Below, piece by piece: positions 7,036-8,305 of a DNA stretch of 8,305 bases. The stretch lies in the IMG/VR virus record IMGVR_UViG_2711768023_000009, one strand, 5' to 3'. Source of the stretch: a virus (Duplodnaviria > Heunggongvirae > Uroviricota > Caudoviricetes). The position numbers and the translations under genes were made by a program. Below the pieces are notes generated by a model. That model did not search any database and had not been told where the DNA came from. It saw nothing but the letters and a program-made list of their open reading frames with translations. Numbering within the stretch: the stretch's first letter is position 1; every line of letters starts with the position of its first letter.

Positions 7036-8191
7036 TGTTCTTTTCGGGATTATTTCAACGAAAAAGCGATGTGCCGGTGACCACGCCAGCAGAACTGCTG
7101 ATGCTATCGGGCTGTCATACGACACCTATACCGGAAAGCGGATCAGTAGCCAGCGGGCCATGCGCCTGACGGCGGTCTATTCTTGCGTCAGGGTGCTGGC
7201 AGAGTCTGTTGGTATGCTGCCCTGCAGTCTCTACAAAATCAGCGGTACCCTGAAAACACGGGCGGTGGATGAACGACTGCATAAGTTGGTTTCGGCAAAA
7301 CCTAATGGCTACATGACACCGCAGGAATTCTGGGAGCTGGTTATTGTCTGCCTGTGTCTACGGGGGAATTTTTACGCCTACAAGGTAAAGGCACTGGGAG
7401 AAGTGGTGGAGCTTCTTCCGATAGATCCGGGCTGTGTGGAACCGAAGCTGAACAGCCAGTGGCAGCCGGTTTATCAGGTGACGTTTCCGGATGGTTCCGT
7501 GGATGTGTTGACCCAGAATGAAATCTGGCATGTGCGCACCCTGACGCTGGATGGACTTGTCGGGCTGAATCCCATTGCGTATGCGCGTGAGGCCATTTCA
7601 CTGGCAGCGGCAACCGAGGAGCACGGTGCCAGGTTGTTTAGTAATGGTGCGGTGACATCCGGTGTGTTGCGTACGGAACAAAAGCTCACGCCGGATGCTT
7701 ACGAGCGTCTGAAGAAAGATTTTGAGGAGTGTCACACGGGGCTTGGCAATGCTCACCGCCCGATGATTCTGGAAATGGGGCTGGACTGGAAGTCGATGGC
7801 GCTGAACGCCGAGGACAGTCAGTTCCTGGAAACCCGCAAGTTTCAGCTGGAAGAAATCTGTCGTCTGTTCCGGGTGCCGTTGCACATGGTGCAGAACACC
7901 GATCGCGCCACCTTCAACAATATCGAAGAGCTGGGGCTGGGATTTATCAACTATTCACTGGTGCCGTATCTGACCCGCATCGAACAGCGGATCAACACCG
8001 GACTGGTACGAAAAAGTAAGCAGGGCGTTTATTACGCCAAATTTAACGCCGGGGCGTTACTGCGCGGGGATATGAAGTCCCGTTTTGAAGCCTACGCCAC
8101 CGGGATCAACTGGGGAATTTACTCTTCCAATGACTGCCGCGACCTGGAAGATATGAATCCGCGTCCCGGTGGTGTAATGCCGATCAGTTAA
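7035..8191 (+). CDS. Portal protein (HK97 family) with an apparent one-base frameshift near the 5' end (possible pseudogene or sequencing error)
   Basis: GTG at 7035 is preceded by a strong Shine-Dalgarno (ggaggt 7024-7029, 5-nt spacer) and opens a portal-like N-terminus MFFSGLFQRKSDVPVTTPAELLMLSG..., which hits TGA at 7167-7169. The rest of the portal (…YDTYTGKRISSQRAMRLTAVYSCVRVLAESVGMLPCSLYK… to stop 8189-8191) is in the -1 frame. One extra G in the run at 7109-7111 would fuse them into a 385-aa protein. The ORF track's 6944 start overlaps the small ORF and translates to implausible Cys/Arg/Trp-rich sequence. Confidence 0.8.
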
Positions 8192-8224
8192 GGATCAGTT
8201 GACCGATCCAGTGGCTGTGTAAGA

Positions 8225-8259
8225 ATCCGGAAACGCTCACTTGTTTCCGGATTTTTTTA
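8225..8259 (+). terminator. Rho-independent terminator downstream of the portal gene
   Basis: 10-bp stem atccggaaac (8225-8234) / gtttccggat (8243-8252), 8-nt loop, followed by ttttttt (8253-8259). Oriented for the + strand only. Confidence 0.6.
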
Positions 8260-8305
8260 TGCACATTGGACAGGCTCTTGATCTGGTATCCCGTTACGAT
8301 TCTCT

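Noticed and set aside
6838-7125. 95-aa minus-strand ORF
   Set aside because: Antisense to the small membrane ORF and portal start; the translation is Arg/Gln/His-rich and not protein-like.
7341-8019. ORFs inside the portal gene (7341-7613 -, 7474-7689 -, 7598-7885 -, 7729-8019 +)
   Set aside because: Antisense or out-of-frame overlaps of the portal coding sequence.
1-8305. CRISPR arrays and tRNA genes
   Set aside because: No regularly spaced direct repeats were seen, and the Q-to-S region was scanned for tRNA T-loop motifs (GTTCGAATC-like) without a hit.

Overview
This window is the late region of a lambdoid, HK97-type prophage in an enterobacterial-like genome, interrupted by an IS110-family insertion sequence and three runs of N (1000-1053, 2513-2996, 3596-3925). 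Reading left to right: a non-coding stretch with an intrinsic terminator (1-625, probably the late-promoter/terminator region); the IS110-family element with its transposase on the minus strand (about 626 to at least 2512); a lysis cassette of phage-21-like pinholin, SAR endolysin (truncated by a gap) and lambda-like Rz/Rz1 spanins; an HNH endonuclease; a probable cos region; small and large terminase subunits; a small two-helix membrane ORF; and a portal gene with an apparent one-base frameshift near its 5' end, followed by a terminator. The points most worth a second look are the structured 5' non-coding region of the IS (candidate bridge RNA), the portal frameshift, the unexpected membrane ORF between terminase and portal, and a 374-bp exact duplication flanking the first N run. 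I did not find a clearly novel system such as a defence island; protein identifications rest on recalled similarity and motifs, not on searches.
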